This document shows, one piece after another, positions 42,677 to 54,800 of a DNA stretch of 57,637 nt. Made by a program: the position numbers and the translations under genes. Every line of letters begins with the position of its first letter. The stretch's first letter is position 1. The stretch lies in sequence record SRR22947727_3513. One strand, 5' to 3'. The notes under the pieces were generated by a model. The model was not told the origin of the DNA and did no database searches. It worked only from the letters and a program-made list of their open reading frames with translations.

Positions 42677-44281
42677 CTAGTCCCCTGCACTTTCGCCTGG
42701 TGAGTCAACCGGTGCCAACGATTGCGCGACGTCCAGCGCCGCGAGCACTGCACCCGCCTTGTTCACGCATTCTTGAGCTTCGGCTTCGGGATCTGAATCA
42801 GCAACGATCCCGGCGCCCGCCTGAACGTGCGCCACTCCGTCTTGAATTACAGCCGTCCGAATCGCGATTGCCATATCCAGGTTCCCGCGAAAATCCACAT
42901 AGCCGACCACGCCGCCGTACAGACCCCGCCGATCCGGCTCTAGTTCATCGATGATCTCCATCGCCCTGACTTTGGGCGCACCACTGAGCGTGCCGGCAGG
43001 AAACGTTGCTCGCAGAGCGTCAAGAGCAGACGAATCTTCGTTCAATCGACCAACGACGGACGAAACGATGTGCATGACATGCGAATAGCGCTCGATCTCC
43101 ATGAATTCCGTCACGTCCACCGACCCCGGTTCACAGACACGACCCAGATCGTTTCGCGCGAGATCAACAAGCATGACGTGCTCCGCGCGTTCTTTGTGAT
43201 CCGCTAGAAGATCGAGCGCCAATTCACGATCTTCCTGCGCGTCTCGCCCACGTTGCCGGGTACCGGCTATCGGATGCACGGTGCACTGGCGATCCTCCAC
43301 CGTGACGAGCGCCTCGGGAGACGACCCGACCACATCAAAGGCACTGATGTCGCTCATGTGCCCGTCACCATCATCGGTCAACTCCTTGGGCATCCGCATG
43401 AGATACATGTAAGGGCTCGGATTCGAGGAGCGCAGAACTCGGTAGACGTCGAGGGGGCGTGCAGTTATCGGAGTCGAGTAGCGCTGAGAAAGGACGATCT
43501 GAAAAGCATCCCCCTCGCGAATGTATTTCTGCGCCCTATCGACGGCCTCCCGATACTCCTCGTTCGTGGTGTGAGATCGAATACTTTCCGTGCCTGCTGT
43601 TGTCACCGATGTCGCGCGGGAGACATTCACTCCGACGGGATTGGCCAGGGCGGTTTGCATCGCACCAAGCCGAGACATCGCGTCGTACCAGGCCTCGTCG
43701 ACTCGTTCGTCAGTTGCATCGAAGTTGATTGCCGCCGCAATGAGGGTCACCGTGCCTCGGAAGTGATCAAGGATCGCCAGATCGGTGGCCAGCAGAAACG
43801 CTAGATCGGGAATATCTACCGCAGACGGGTTGTCGTCGGGCAACTTCTCGAACAAGCGCACCGCGTCGTAGGCGAGGCAGCCGACAAAACCGGACGTGAA
43901 TCGAGGCCCACTCTCGTCGTGCTGCCCATGGGACACCGGGCAATCCGTGCTGTTCAGGATCGTCACGGAGTCACGAAGAACCGACCATGCGTCACCGGTG
44001 GTGGGCAGACCCACCGGCACCTTTCCCAACCAATGCGCTTGTCCGTCCCGCTCCGTCAACATCGCAGCCGCACGAACTCCGACGAATGAATAACGAGACC
44101 ACGAACGACCCGCCTCGGCTGATTCAAGCAGGAACGTGCCAGCGCGGTCTGTGCACAGTGTTTCGAACAGTCCAATGGCCGTCAATCCATCGGCAAGGAG
44201 CGTTCGTGACACCGGGATAACCCGATGAGATGTCGCGCGCTCCCGAAAATCCTCGAGACCTGGCTCGCTCTCACCGAACAT
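42677..44281 (-). CDS. trpE: Anthranilate synthase component I
   Basis: [45 protein letters not shown] 44281. Confidence 0.95.
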   Translation of the reverse strand: MFGESEPGLEDFRERATSHRVIPVSRTLLADGLTAIGLFETLCTDRAGTFLLESAEAGRSWSRYSFVGVRAAAMLTERDGQAHWLGKVPVGLPTTGDAWSVLRDSVTILNSTDCPVSHGQHDESGPRFTSGFVGCLAYDAVRLFEKLPDDNPSAVDIPDLAFLLATDLAILDHFRGTVTLIAAAINFDATDERVDEAWYDAMSRLGAMQTALANPVGVNVSRATSVTTAGTESIRSHTTNEEYREAVDRAQKYIREGDAFQIVLSQRYSTPITARPLDVYRVLRSSNPSPYMYLMRMPKELTDDGDGHMSDISAFDVVGSSPEALVTVEDRQCTVHPIAGTRQRGRDAQEDRELALDLLADHKERAEHVMLVDLARNDLGRVCEPGSVDVTEFMEIERYSHVMHIVSSVVGRLNEDSSALDALRATFPAGTLSGAPKVRAMEIIDELEPDRRGLYGGVVGYVDFRGNLDMAIAIRTAVIQDGVAHVQAGAGIVADSDPEAEAQECVNKAGAVLAALDVAQSLAPVDSPGESAGD

Positions 44282-44639
44282 CAACACCGCCGACATCGAA
44301 ACAACTCTCCACGCCCGTGTGGCACGCCGGCCCCTGCTGGTCGACCAGCAAAAGAACCGCATCGCCGTCGCAATCCACGCGCAACTGCGCGACCTGCTGC
44401 GAGTTTCCCGACGTCTCGCCTTTCACCCACAGGCTCTGTCGACTTCGAGAGAAGTAAGTGGCCCGTCGCGTCGTCACTGTTGCGCGCAGGGCTTCTTCGT
44501 TCATCCACGCGAGCATCAGGACCTGCCGCGAAGTGGAGTCTTGAGCAACGGCGGGGACCAGACCCGCTGCATCGAATCGCACACGGGCGACAACGTCGTT
44601 GGGAGACAAGGCCAGGAGGTCTCCTGCGTCGTCACCCAT
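44271..44639 (-). CDS. hisI: Phosphoribosyl-AMP cyclohydrolase
   Basis: [39 protein letters not shown] 44639 with CACAAT 7 nt upstream (ATG 44648 alternative). Confidence 0.96.
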   Translation of the reverse strand: MGDDAGDLLALSPNDVVARVRFDAAGLVPAVAQDSTSRQVLMLAWMNEEALRATVTTRRATYFSRSRQSLWVKGETSGNSQQVAQLRVDCDGDAVLLLVDQQGPACHTGVESCFDVGGVDVR

Positions 44640-45423
44640 AGAGGACATTGTGCCGACGGACCGGCAGCCCTGCGCTATCGAGTGCCGATTTCACGTCGGG
44701 GATCGTGAGATGGCCGAAATGAAAAACGCTTGCCGCCAGCACAGCATCGGCTCCCGCCTCAACCGCGCGAGGGAAATCGTCGACGACTCCCGCCCCACCG
44801 CTCGCAATTAGGGGAACGTCGACATGGCCTCTGACGAGCTCGATGAGTTCGGTGTCGAATCCCTGGGTCGTCCCGTCCGCGTCCATCGAATTCAGCAAGA
44901 TCTCACCCGCACCGCGCTGCGCCGCCTCGTCGGCCCATGCGATCGCGTCCACTCCTGTGCCACGCCGACCGCCGTGGGTGGTCACCTCGAATCCGCTCGG
45001 GGTCGTGACGTCGCCGGCGCATCGCCGCGCGTCAACGCTGAGAACAACGCACTGCGAACCGAAGCGCTCACTTGCCTTGGTGATCAAGGACGGATCGGCG
45101 ATCGCGGCCGTATTGACACCGACCTTGTCCGCCCCCGCCCGCAGGAGACGATCGAAGTCCTCGACCGTTCGGACACCGCCACCGACGGTGAGCGGAATGA
45201 ACACGCTCTCCGCGGTGCGCTGAACAACGTCATACGTCGTTTCTCTGCTCGCCGATGACGCCGTGATGTCCAAGAAGACGAGCTCGTCGGCGCCCTGGGC
45301 TCCGTAGGCAGCGGCAAGCTCGACCGGATCCCCTGCATCGCGCAGGTCAACGAAGTTGACTCCCTTCACGACCCGACCGGCATCGACGTCGAGGCAAGGA
45401 ATCACCCGAACGGCCAGACTCAT
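44632..45423 (-). CDS. hisF: Imidazole glycerol phosphate synthase cyclase subunit
   Basis: [38 protein letters not shown]. Confidence 0.97.
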   Translation of the reverse strand: MSLAVRVIPCLDVDAGRVVKGVNFVDLRDAGDPVELAAAYGAQGADELVFLDITASSASRETTYDVVQRTAESVFIPLTVGGGVRTVEDFDRLLRAGADKVGVNTAAIADPSLITKASERFGSQCVVLSVDARRCAGDVTTPSGFEVTTHGGRRGTGVDAIAWADEAAQRGAGEILLNSMDADGTTQGFDTELIELVRGHVDVPLIASGGAGVVDDFPRAVEAGADAVLAASVFHFGHLTIPDVKSALDSAGLPVRRHNVLYG

Positions 45424-46208
45424 GGTCGGGGCGGCCCCCACTCGTACGGGTCGTAACGCGCTTCAACGGCGGCGATGGCTTCCGCCAGCGTGAAGGCTCC
45501 CTCGTACAGCGCGCGCCCGATGATCGCGCCCTCGATACCCTGCCCGGTCATATCCGCCAGCGTGTGGAGGTCTTCGAGGCGACTGATCCCCCCGGATGCC
45601 ACGATCGCAGCGTCGGTGGCCGAGCACACGTCGCGCAGGAGGTGGATATTGGGACCTTTCATGGTGCCGTCCTTATGGACATCGGTGACGACGTATCGGG
45701 AGCACCCTGCTGCATCAAGACGACCCAACGTCTCCCACAGATTGCCGCCTTCGGTCGTCCATCCTCGAGCGGCCAACGTGTGTCCGCGAACATCGAGTCC
45801 GACGGCTATCCGATCACCGTGATCGGCGATCACCTGCTCCGTCCAGTCAGGATTCTCGAGCGCGGCGGTTCCAAGATTGACCCTGGTGCATCCCGTTGCC
45901 AGCGCCGCCGCGAGCGACTCATCGTCGCGGATTCCCCCGGACAGCTCTATCCGTACCTGGCCTTTGAGTTCATTGACCACCTCACCGATGGTGGCGGCGT
46001 TGGATCCGCGCGAGAAAGCAGCGTCTAAATCGACCAGGTGGATCCACTCGGCTCCCTGTTCGACCCACGACCGAGCCGCGTCGATCGGCCGCCCGTAGAC
46101 AGTTTCCGATCCGGCCTTTCCTTGAACCAGGCGGACGGCTTGACCATCGGCTACGTCAACGGCCGGGAGGAGTTGGAGGGCGGGTCCGACTTCTCCAGTG
46201 TGTTTCAT
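45420..46208 (-). CDS. hisA: Phosphoribosyl isomerase (HisA; probably bifunctional HisA/TrpF 'PriA')
   Basis: LPAVD, RLVQG, DLDAAF, SGGIR, ARGW, DGT; no trpF between trpC and trpB; TAGGCT 6 nt upstream (46215-46220). Confidence 0.95.
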   Translation of the reverse strand: MKHTGEVGPALQLLPAVDVADGQAVRLVQGKAGSETVYGRPIDAARSWVEQGAEWIHLVDLDAAFSRGSNAATIGEVVNELKGQVRIELSGGIRDDESLAAALATGCTRVNLGTAALENPDWTEQVIADHGDRIAVGLDVRGHTLAARGWTTEGGNLWETLGRLDAAGCSRYVVTDVHKDGTMKGPNIHLLRDVCSATDAAIVASGGISRLEDLHTLADMTGQGIEGAIIGRALYEGAFTLAEAIAAVEARYDPYEWGPPRP

Positions 46209-46274
46209 GCCACAAGCCTAGGTCATCCACGCAACCATGGATCGCATGCTTTCGTCTCTTGTCACCTTCGGCGA

Positions 46275-46925
46275 TCAACGAAGAGTGGCGAGCCAATTCC
46301 CGAGAATGTAGGCACCAGTGTCCCCGGACTTCTCCGGGTGGAATTGCGTCGCAACAAGCGGGCCGTTTTCCACTGCTGCGACGAAGCGATCGGTGTACGT
46401 GCACCAGGAAGCCACCGGTGGCTTCATCACCGGCTGAGCATCCTCACGAAAGTCCCAGGACACAACCCCATATGAATGAACGAAATAGAAGCGCTCTGAC
46501 TCCACGCCGGCGAAGAGAGTGGACCCCTCGCCGACATCAACGGTGTTCCAGCCCATATGCGGGAGTACCGGTGCCGATAGGCGCTCCACCGTCCCGGGCC
46601 ATTGTCCGAGACCGGCGGTGCGCGTACCGTGTTCGACTCCCGAGGAGAACAGGATTTGCAGACCCACACAGATTCCGAGGACCGGTCGCCCTCCAGCGAG
46701 TCGGGCGTCGATGATGGACTCTCCGCGGACAGCAGTGAGCCCCGCCATGCAGGACGCGTACGCACCGACTCCTGGAACAACGAGCCCGTCGCAGGACGCA
46801 GCCGAGGTGGCGTCGCTGCTTATCTCGACGTTCGCGCCGACCCGCTCTAGGGCGCGTTGAACCGAGCGTAGATTTCCACTGCCGTAGTCCAGTACCACGA
46901 CGGACGGCCTCAACGATGTGCTCAT
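46275..46925 (-). CDS. hisH: Imidazole glycerol phosphate synthase glutaminase subunit
   Basis: DYGSGN, PGVG, GICVG, YFVHSY, QFHPEKS. Confidence 0.96.
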   Translation of the reverse strand: MSTSLRPSVVVLDYGSGNLRSVQRALERVGANVEISSDATSAASCDGLVVPGVGAYASCMAGLTAVRGESIIDARLAGGRPVLGICVGLQILFSSGVEHGTRTAGLGQWPGTVERLSAPVLPHMGWNTVDVGEGSTLFAGVESERFYFVHSYGVVSWDFREDAQPVMKPPVASWCTYTDRFVAAVENGPLVATQFHPEKSGDTGAYILGNWLATLR

Positions 46926-46968
46926 CAACGAGGTGCGTTCATCGAAAGAAGAAGTGTCCGGGTGTCGA

Positions 46969-47565
46969 TCAGGACGCCGTGAGCGTGCCCTTGGTCGAGG
47001 GGACACCCACAACCCGTGAGTCAATCGCCACTGCATCGCGCAGGGAACGAGCAACCGATTTGAATTGCGCTTCCACGACGTGGTGAGCATTGCGCCCGCT
47101 GAGGACCTTGACGTGCAGCGTTACCTGGCTGGTCGCCACGATCGATTCCCAAATGTGACGGGTCAGGGTGGTGTCGTAGGACCCGATCAGTTCGACCAGA
47201 TCGGGTTCCTCGTGCACCAGGTAGGGGCGCCCTGACAAATCGATAGCAGACTGCACGAGGCATTCGTCCAAGGGCACCAGCGCATCTCCGTACCGGCGCA
47301 GACCTGCACGGTCACCAAGAGCTTCGTTGAGTGCTTGGCCGAGGGCTAGTGACGTGTCCTCGACTGTGTGGTGCGCATCCACCTCGAGGTCACCCTTGGT
47401 CCGCACCGTGAGATCGAGGCCACCGTGTTTGGCGAGCTGCGCGAGCATATGGTCGAAGAAGGGAACGCCTGTCTCGATGGAACTTACCCCGGTCCCGTCG
47501 AGTTCTACCTCAACGAGGACCTCACTCTCCTTCGTCGATCTCTCGACGCGGGCCTGCCTACTCAT
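46969..47565 (-). CDS. hisB: Imidazoleglycerol-phosphate dehydratase (monofunctional)
   Basis: [27 protein letters not shown]; no phosphatase domain. Confidence 0.97.
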   Translation of the reverse strand: MSRQARVERSTKESEVLVEVELDGTGVSSIETGVPFFDHMLAQLAKHGGLDLTVRTKGDLEVDAHHTVEDTSLALGQALNEALGDRAGLRRYGDALVPLDECLVQSAIDLSGRPYLVHEEPDLVELIGSYDTTLTRHIWESIVATSQVTLHVKVLSGRNAHHVVEAQFKSVARSLRDAVAIDSRVVGVPSTKGTLTAS

Positions 47566-48695
47566 GTCGATCCACCATCTCCGTCAGACATCAGGTCACT
47601 ATCCACCACAACCTCATCCAAGACCTCGATAAATCTAGCGTTCTCCTGGGGTGTTCCCACGGAGACCCGCAACCACTGGTCGGGGCCGGTTTCTCGGATC
47701 AGGACTCCGCGATCCATGAGTCCCTTCCACACCCGTCGTCGATCGCGGAAGCGACCGAAGAAGCAGAAGTTAGCGTCACTGTCGGTGACCACGAACCCTC
47801 GAGACTCCAGGTCGCGGCGCATTCGATCCCGTTCGTCACGTAGGAGTTGCAGGTTCGACTGCAATTCCTCGACGAAGGCCAACGCAGTACACGCGACGGA
47901 CTGGGTGACGGCCGACAGGTGGTACGGGAGTCGCACGACGCGCAAGGCGTCGATAACACTCGGTTCGGCTGCGGCGTATCCCACGCGGGCACCCGCCATC
48001 GCGAACGCCTTGCTCATCGTCCTGGTCACGATCGTGTTGGGATGATCGGCAAGGCCGGCCACGGAGCTCGGCTGACCCGGTCGGCGGAACTCCGCGTAGG
48101 CCTCATCAACGACGAGCATCCCCCCCACGCCTGCCGTGGCCTGCGCGAGGGCATCAATGTCGTCCGCGCTCACGGCGGTTCCGGTGGGGTTATTGGGCGA
48201 GGCGAGAAGCACGACCGAGGGGCGCTGGTCCTCGATAGCGGCGGTGCTGGCTGCCATGTCGATCTGAAAATCAGTCGTCCGCGGGACGGACACCAAGGTG
48301 GTGAAGGACTCTCGTGCGTATTCCGGATACATGGAGTACGTAGGGGGAAAGGTGAGCGCCACCCGCCCAGGTCCACCGAAAGCGGCCATGATGTGGGACA
48401 TCACTTCGTTTGATCCGTTGGCCACCCAGATGGAGTCGGCGGCACACTCCGCGCTCGACTCCTGGGACAGATAGTCAGCGAGGGCTTGCCGCAACTCCAC
48501 GCATTCTCGGTCGGGGTACCGGTTCAACGTCTGTGCAGCTTCGGTGACGGACACGCCCAACGCACGGGCCAACTCCGGCGAGGGTGCGAAGGGGTTCTCG
48601 TTGACGTTGAGGCGAATATCGACATCGAGTTGTGGCGCTCCGTAGGGCACCAGGCCCCGCAAATCCTCCCGAACCGGAGGCTGAAACTCAGTCAT
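47562..48695 (-). CDS. hisC: Histidinol-phosphate aminotransferase
   Basis: PYGAPQ, LNVNEN, SPNNPTG, DEAY, RTMSKAF. Confidence 0.96.
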   Translation of the reverse strand: MTEFQPPVREDLRGLVPYGAPQLDVDIRLNVNENPFAPSPELARALGVSVTEAAQTLNRYPDRECVELRQALADYLSQESSAECAADSIWVANGSNEVMSHIMAAFGGPGRVALTFPPTYSMYPEYARESFTTLVSVPRTTDFQIDMAASTAAIEDQRPSVVLLASPNNPTGTAVSADDIDALAQATAGVGGMLVVDEAYAEFRRPGQPSSVAGLADHPNTIVTRTMSKAFAMAGARVGYAAAEPSVIDALRVVRLPYHLSAVTQSVACTALAFVEELQSNLQLLRDERDRMRRDLESRGFVVTDSDANFCFFGRFRDRRRVWKGLMDRGVLIRETGPDQWLRVSVGTPQENARFIEVLDEVVVDSDLMSDGDGGST

Positions 48696-50007
48696 CGTCG
48701 GCGTCGTGGAAACGTATGGTCACGGCGTCTCCGTGACCTGGCAGATCTTCGGCCTGCGCCAGGGCAACGACATCTTCGGCAACGTCGGCCAGCGAAGAGC
48801 GGTCGTACTCGATGACGTGTATGCCGCGCAGGAATGTTTGCACGGATAGACCAGAAGAGTAGCGCGCAGCACCCATGGTCGGAAGCACGTGGTTGGAACC
48901 CGCGCAGTAGTCACCGAGGGACACGGGCGCCCACGGTCCAACAAATATGGCGCCGGCGTTGCGTACCTGCATGGCAACTTTGCGAGGTTCTTCGGTGTGG
49001 ATTTCCAAATGCTCAGCGGCGTAAGCGTCGACGACGGCCAAACCCTGGTCGACATCTCGAACCAGAATGATCGCGCTCTGCACCCCGGTCAAGGCTTCGG
49101 TGATGCGCTCCACATGCTTGGTGTTAGCAACCTGGGCCGCCACTTCCCGTTCGACCTCGTTGGCCAGACGCTCGCTTGAGGTGACAAGGACGGCCGCGGC
49201 GATCACGTCGTGCTCGGCCTGACTGATGAGGTCTGCCGCCACGTACCGGGCGTCGGCTGAGTCATCGGCCAGGATCGCCACCTCGGTTGGGCCAGCCTCG
49301 GCGTCGATCCCGATGATTCCCTGCAGTGCTCGCTTAGCTGCCGTGACGTAAATGTTCCCGGGTCCGGTAACCAGATCCACCGGCTCGCATGCGCCACCGT
49401 CGGGAAGGTCAATGCCGTAGGCCAACATCGCGACCGCCTGGGCGCCTCCCACCGCATAGATCTCCTCGACTCCCAGCAGCGAGCACGCGGCCAGAACCGT
49501 GGGGTGGGGCCACCCGTCGCAGTCCTTTTGAGGAGGACTAACGACAGCGAGCGAGGGAACTCCCGCCTCCTGGGCAGGGATCACATTCATCACCACGCTG
49601 CTGGGATAGACGGCCCGCCCACCCGGGACGTACAAGCCCACGCGAGCTACCGGAAGCCAGCGCTCGGTCACCGTGCCCCCGGGAACCACCTCGGTTTCCA
49701 CGTCCACGCGACGTTGGTCTTGGTGGACCCTCCGAGCGCGCTCGATGGACACTTCCAAGGCCCGCCGCACCGACGGCTCTAGACCGGCCAGTGCATCAGC
49801 GATCACTGAGGCGGGCACGCGCAGCTGGGTGGGGCGGATCGAGTCGAAACGTTCGCACGCATCGAGAACCGCGTCGGCACCTCTGACCCGGACGTCCTCG
49901 AGCACCGGTCGGATCGCATCGCCTGCATCCGTCAGATCCATGGCGGCGCGCGGGACAACCAACCGAGGGTCGGCCGACGATTCACGCAAGTCGATGAGAC
50001 GCAACAC
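48688..50007 (-). CDS. hisD: Histidinol dehydrogenase
   Basis: [40 protein letters not shown]. Confidence 0.97.
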   Translation of the reverse strand: MLRLIDLRESSADPRLVVPRAAMDLTDAGDAIRPVLEDVRVRGADAVLDACERFDSIRPTQLRVPASVIADALAGLEPSVRRALEVSIERARRVHQDQRRVDVETEVVPGGTVTERWLPVARVGLYVPGGRAVYPSSVVMNVIPAQEAGVPSLAVVSPPQKDCDGWPHPTVLAACSLLGVEEIYAVGGAQAVAMLAYGIDLPDGGACEPVDLVTGPGNIYVTAAKRALQGIIGIDAEAGPTEVAILADDSADARYVAADLISQAEHDVIAAAVLVTSSERLANEVEREVAAQVANTKHVERITEALTGVQSAIILVRDVDQGLAVVDAYAAEHLEIHTEEPRKVAMQVRNAGAIFVGPWAPVSLGDYCAGSNHVLPTMGAARYSSGLSVQTFLRGIHVIEYDRSSLADVAEDVVALAQAEDLPGHGDAVTIRFHDADDD

Positions 50008-50014
50008 CCCACAG

Positions 50015-50024
50015 AGTCTACGCT
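50015..50024. promoter_or_regulatory. Overlapping back-to-back -10 hexamers (bidirectional promoter)
   Basis: TAGACT on minus (50015-50020, 7 nt to GTG 50007) and TACGCT on plus (50019-50024, 6 nt to ATG 50031). Confidence 0.65.
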
Positions 50025-50030
50025 CGATGG

Positions 50031-50780
50031 ATGGATCAGTCCCTGCCGCTCTTTCCGCTCACAACAGCGCTCGTGCCCGGCTTGGTCCTCCCTCTTCACA
50101 TTTTTGAGCCTCGGTATCGGATGATGGTGCAGGAACTGCTCGGTAAGCCTGAGGACGAACGGGAGTTCGGCATCGTCGCGCTTCGGGAATCGCACACATT
50201 GACGCCGAAGCAGTCCTCCCCCGGTGATGTGCCGGACGACTACGCATCGCCGATCGACCCTTCGGCAGAAGACGCTGAGCTTTACCCGGTGGGCGTGAGC
50301 GCGGTGATCCGCCAGGCAGAACGCGGCGACGACGGCCGCTACGACATTGTCACGATCGGATCCCGGCGCTTTCGGCTCGAGCACGTTGATCGAACGGCTC
50401 CCCTCTTGCGCGCCTCAGTTACCTTTCTTCCCGAGCCAGAAGTCGATTCCGAAGATCCGCGGGTGGCGTCTGCGGTCCAGTCGGCGATGCAGGCCTTCGA
50501 CACCTACCGCTCCATTTTGGGCGGTCGGTTGAACGAGGCCAACGACGATAACGATGCCGACGACGATCAGGTGCCGGCCGATCCTGCTGTCCTCAGTTAC
50601 CTGATAACCGCCGCCCTGGTTGTTGATGGGTCCACGCGACAAGAGTTGCTTGCGGCTCCCGACGCCCTCTCCCGGCTCCGACTCGGCACCCGGGTTCTTT
50701 CTTCGGAATCCGCCTTGATCTCCGCATTCGGCGCGATACCGGCGCTCGACTTACTCAACACAACTCCATCGGAGAACTAA
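50031..50780 (+). CDS. Stand-alone Lon N-terminal substrate-binding domain protein
   Basis: LPLFPL...[25 protein letters not shown]; no AAA or protease domain. Confidence 0.88.
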   Translation: MDQSLPLFPLTTALVPGLVLPLHIFEPRYRMMVQELLGKPEDEREFGIVALRESHTLTPKQSSPGDVPDDYASPIDPSAEDAELYPVGVSAVIRQAERGDDGRYDIVTIGSRRFRLEHVDRTAPLLRASVTFLPEPEVDSEDPRVASAVQSAMQAFDTYRSILGGRLNEANDDNDADDDQVPADPAVLSYLITAALVVDGSTRQELLAAPDALSRLRLGTRVLSSESALISAFGAIPALDLLNTTPSEN

Positions 50781-51299
50781 GTGGCGAACAAGCCCAGCCA
50801 CTCGGCATCAGCAACACCGGCGTTGGGACTGTTGACCGAGCGGGGCATTCCCCACGGCGTTCACACCTTTGATCACGAGAGTTCGTCTCGTCTCGATCAT
50901 CCGGACTATGCGATGCAGGCAGCCCGACTTCTCGGCGTTCCAGCCGAGGCCGTCTTCAAATCCCTCGTGTGGTCGGTGGATGCACGTGCGGTGCTGGCTC
51001 TGGTCGCGGCGACGACAACGGTGTCGGCCAAACGTCTCGCGCGCGCTATCGGCGGCAAGAAAGCCCACCTCATGGACGTTACGTCGGCCGAACGCGTCAG
51101 CGGATCTGTCACAGGAGCGATCAGTCCTCTAGGGCTACGGCAGGAATTGCCGGTCGTCATCGACGAGGAGGTCCTGCTGCATTCTCCGGTCTACGTCAGC
51201 GCGGGACGGCGGGGCCTCGAGATCTCCCTGGACCCCCAGGACCTCATCACAGCCACGGGTGCGCGGGTAGTCGCGCTCGGGACACCGGCTCGCAACTAA
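50781..51299 (+). CDS. ybaK: YbaK/EbsC family aminoacyl-tRNA deacylase
   Basis: ATPA, VFKSLV, AER.SG...GAISPLG, VSAGRRG. Confidence 0.85.
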   Translation: MANKPSHSASATPALGLLTERGIPHGVHTFDHESSSRLDHPDYAMQAARLLGVPAEAVFKSLVWSVDARAVLALVAATTTVSAKRLARAIGGKKAHLMDVTSAERVSGSVTGAISPLGLRQELPVVIDEEVLLHSPVYVSAGRRGLEISLDPQDLITATGARVVALGTPARN

Positions 51300-51862
51300 T
51301 CGGCGTGACCTGACCGTCGAGCCACAAGCCAGTCGGAGATAGCGAGCACCAACACCACCGTGGCCGCGCTGATCGACCACACTAGGTAGACGCCGGGCAT
51401 CGTCACCTCGAGCGGGGCATCGGTGACGAATTCCTCACTGGTCGTCGCGATGAGACCTTCGATATCGACAGAGCCCAGCCGCGTTCCGACTTGCCACATG
51501 GCAAGCGTGCCGACCGCGCTGGCCAGGAGTCCGGCCACCAAGACTCCAAGTAGGTGACCACGGCGCATGACCGCGAGGGCGACGGTAAGGACGAGCCCGG
51601 CCACCAGAGCCAAGGCCACGAAGGAGACGTCTGCGGCGAGGTACTCCTCTGGCTGATACCCCTGGGGGCTGGCACCGTCCGGGCGTACCGCCACCGTCGC
51701 CCGCGGCGCCAACCGCCACCAGAGCACGCCGAGGGCAGCACCGCTCAACAGACCGGACACAACTCCTGAGATGACCAGCGACCACTCCGACCACTCGGGG
51801 CGCCGTGACCGGACGATCGGTGTGTCCGGGGCGCTATCCGGTGGCGCTCCATGGGAGGTCAT
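51296..51862 (-). CDS. Hypothetical membrane protein (DUF2567-like)
   Basis: Four TM segments, G.LWW.LAP, AAD motif; ATG 51862 has TACGGT 6 nt upstream (GTG 51880 alternative). Confidence 0.65.
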   Translation of the reverse strand: MTSHGAPPDSAPDTPIVRSRRPEWSEWSLVISGVVSGLLSGAALGVLWWRLAPRATVAVRPDGASPQGYQPEEYLAADVSFVALALVAGLVLTVALAVMRRGHLLGVLVAGLLASAVGTLAMWQVGTRLGSVDIEGLIATTSEEFVTDAPLEVTMPGVYLVWSISAATVVLVLAISDWLVARRSGHAD

Positions 51863-51881
51863 CGTGAAACCGTACGGCACG

Positions 51882-54800
51882 TCACGACAAGCAGTTCGCT
51901 CCCAGCAGCGCTTTGAGATCCCCGTACAGAGCGGCCGAGGGCGTCACGCGCAAGGCGTCGTCGATTCTCAGGACTGTTGTTTGCGTTCCGCCCGTCAGGT
52001 GCAGGTGGACTTCGGTGGTGCCGGAGTGTTGCCGGAGCACCTCTTTGAGTCGCTCAACGAGGGGTGGAACGCATCGACTCGCAGCGATGGACAACCGCAA
52101 CGGCCCACTTTGCGCCTCAGACAAGTCGGGAGATTCCACGTCCAAGGCGATGACGCGCAGGCCGTCTTCATCCGTGCGCTCCACACGCGCGCGAATGGCC
52201 ACGATGGAATCTTCGATGAGCGTTGTAGACACGGACGCGTACGTCTGCGGGAAGACCATCGCTTCGACGGATCCGTCCAGATCCTCTACCGTCGCGATGG
52301 CCCAGGCCGACCCCTTCCTGGTGGTTTTACGTTGCACACTCGTCAGCAGGCCCGCAACGGTAACGACCGTCGACTCCAACGATTCGTCGGCAATAAGGGA
52401 TGCGATCGAGATGTCGGAGATGTTTGCGAGTGCATGATCAAGACCATTCAGGGGGTGATCCGACACGTACAGGCCCAACATGTCTCTCTCGTGCGCCAAC
52501 AGGACGGCTTTATCCCACTCGCCCACCGGAACGGGGGTCTGTTCCGCGAGCCCGGTCGTTTCCCCTTCGCCCGCGAGACCTCCGAACAAGTCGTACTGGC
52601 CGGCTGCTTCTGCTCTCTTGATGTCCACTGCCGAGTCGATGACCAGTTCATGGACCGCTGCGAGGCCTTTGCGTGTGTGGCCCAGAGAGTCGAATGCACC
52701 CGCCTTGATGAGGGACTCGACGACGCGTCGATTGCATACGTGCACCTCTACCTTGGCCACAAAGTCATGGAAGTCCGTAAATCGGCCCCGCGAGCGCCGT
52801 GTCTCACTGATGGATAGAACGACACCTTCGCCGACGTTGCGGATCGCCGACAACCCGAATCGAATGTCGCTTCCGCGCGCCGTATAAGCCGAATCGGAAT
52901 CGTTGACATCCGGAGGCAAGACCTTGATGCCCATCCGTCGACACTCGCCGAGGTAGATGGCGCTCTTATCCTTGTCGTCTTGGACGCTCGTCAGGAGCGC
53001 AGCCATGTACTCCGCGGGGTAATTCGCTTTCAAGTAGGCCGTCCAGTACGACACCAGGCCATAGCCGGCCGTGTGGGCCTTGTTGAAGGCATAGTCCGAG
53101 AACGGGACCAGGATCTCCCACAGGGTGTCGATCGCCGAATCGCTGTACCCCCTGGAACGCATCCCCTCCTGGAAAGGAGTGAACTCCTTCTTCAGGATCT
53201 CCTTCTTCTTCTTCCCCATCGCGCGACGCAAGAGGTCGGCTTTGCCAAGTGAGTAACCGGCCAACTCTTGTGCGATGGCCATGACCTGCTCTTGGTAGAC
53301 GATCAATCCATACGTGTCACCGAGAATCTCCGACAACGGCTCTGCCAGTTCCGGGTGAATAGGAACGACCGGCTTACGACCGTTCTTTCGATCCGCATAG
53401 TCATTGTGTGCATTGGCGCCCATGGGTCCAGGTCGATAGAGAGCCAGGACAGCGGAAATGTCTTCGAAGCTGTCCGGCTGCATGGACCGCAGGAGTGAAC
53501 GCATGGGTCCGCCGTCGAGTTGGAAGACGCCGAGTGTGTCTCCACGTGACAGCAGCTCGTATGTGGTCCGGTCGTAGAGAGTCAATTCCTCGAGTACAAG
53601 ACGGTCTCCGGTGTTCTTCTCAATGTTGTCGAGGCAATCTTCGAGCACCGTCAGATTTCGAAGGCCGAGGAAATCCATCTTGAGAAGCCCGAGGGTCTCG
53701 CAAGCTCCCATATCGAACTGGGTGATGATCGCGCCGTCTTGTTCACGTCGCCACACGGGAATGACGTCCATCAGGGCCTCGCGGGAAAGGATCACGCCTG
53801 CAGCGTGAACTCCCGGTTGACGCTTGAGCCCCTCGAGACCCTTGGCTGTGTCGATGACTTGGCGGGCCTCGGCATCGGATTCGTACAGCGACCTGAACTC
53901 CTTCGCTTCCGCGTAGCGATCGTCTGTCGCGTCGAAGGCACCGGCCAGGGAAATGTCCTTCCCCATGACCGACGGCGGCATCGCCTTGGTGATGCGTTCT
54001 CCCACGGCGTATGGGAATCCCAGAACACGTGCACTGTCTTTGATGGCCGCCTTCGCCTTGATGGAGGCGTAGGTGACGATCTGGGCTACTCGCTCTTCGC
54101 CGTATTTCTCCGTGGCGTAGCGGATCATGTCCGAGCGTCGGCGTTCGTCGAAATCGATGTCGATATCCGGCATCGAGATGCGTTCGGGATTCAGGAATCT
54201 CTCGAAGAGCAACCCGTGTTTGATCGGATCGAGTTCGGTGATGCCCAACGCGAAAGCGATCATGGCGCCGGCGGCCGACCCTCGGCCTGGGCCGACTCGG
54301 ATCTTGTTGTCACGGGCGTAGCGAACGAGATCAGCGACCACGAGGAAATAGCCAGGGAATCCCATTTGAGCGACAACACCGAGCTCGTACTCCGACTGCT
54401 GGCGGACATCGTCGGGAACCGATCCCTGGTACCGGGTCTCCAATCCACGATCAACCTCTGCCCGAAGCCAGGTCTCTTCGGTGTACCCGTCGGGCACCGG
54501 GAATTGCGGCATCAGGTTGGCTCCTTCGTCGAAGGAGACCTCGCATCGCTCCGCGATCAGCAGCGTGTTGTCGCATGCCTCGGGAAGTTCGGACCAAACA
54601 GAACGCATTTCGGCAGCGGACTTCAGGTAGAAGTCCCGGGCGTCAAATCGAAACCGCTTGGGGTCGTCCATCGTCGTCCGCGTCCCGACACACAACAGCA
54701 CCTCGTGGGTATCCGCATCTGACTCGTGCACGTAATGCAAATCGTTGGTGGCCACCAACGGCAGGCTCAGATCCCGTGCGATGCGGATCAGGTCTTCTCG

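Noticed and set aside
36075..44281. trpF, trpG and trpD missing from the trp cluster
   Set aside because: Normal for actinomycetes: HisA/PriA supplies TrpF activity and trpD/trpG are typically unlinked
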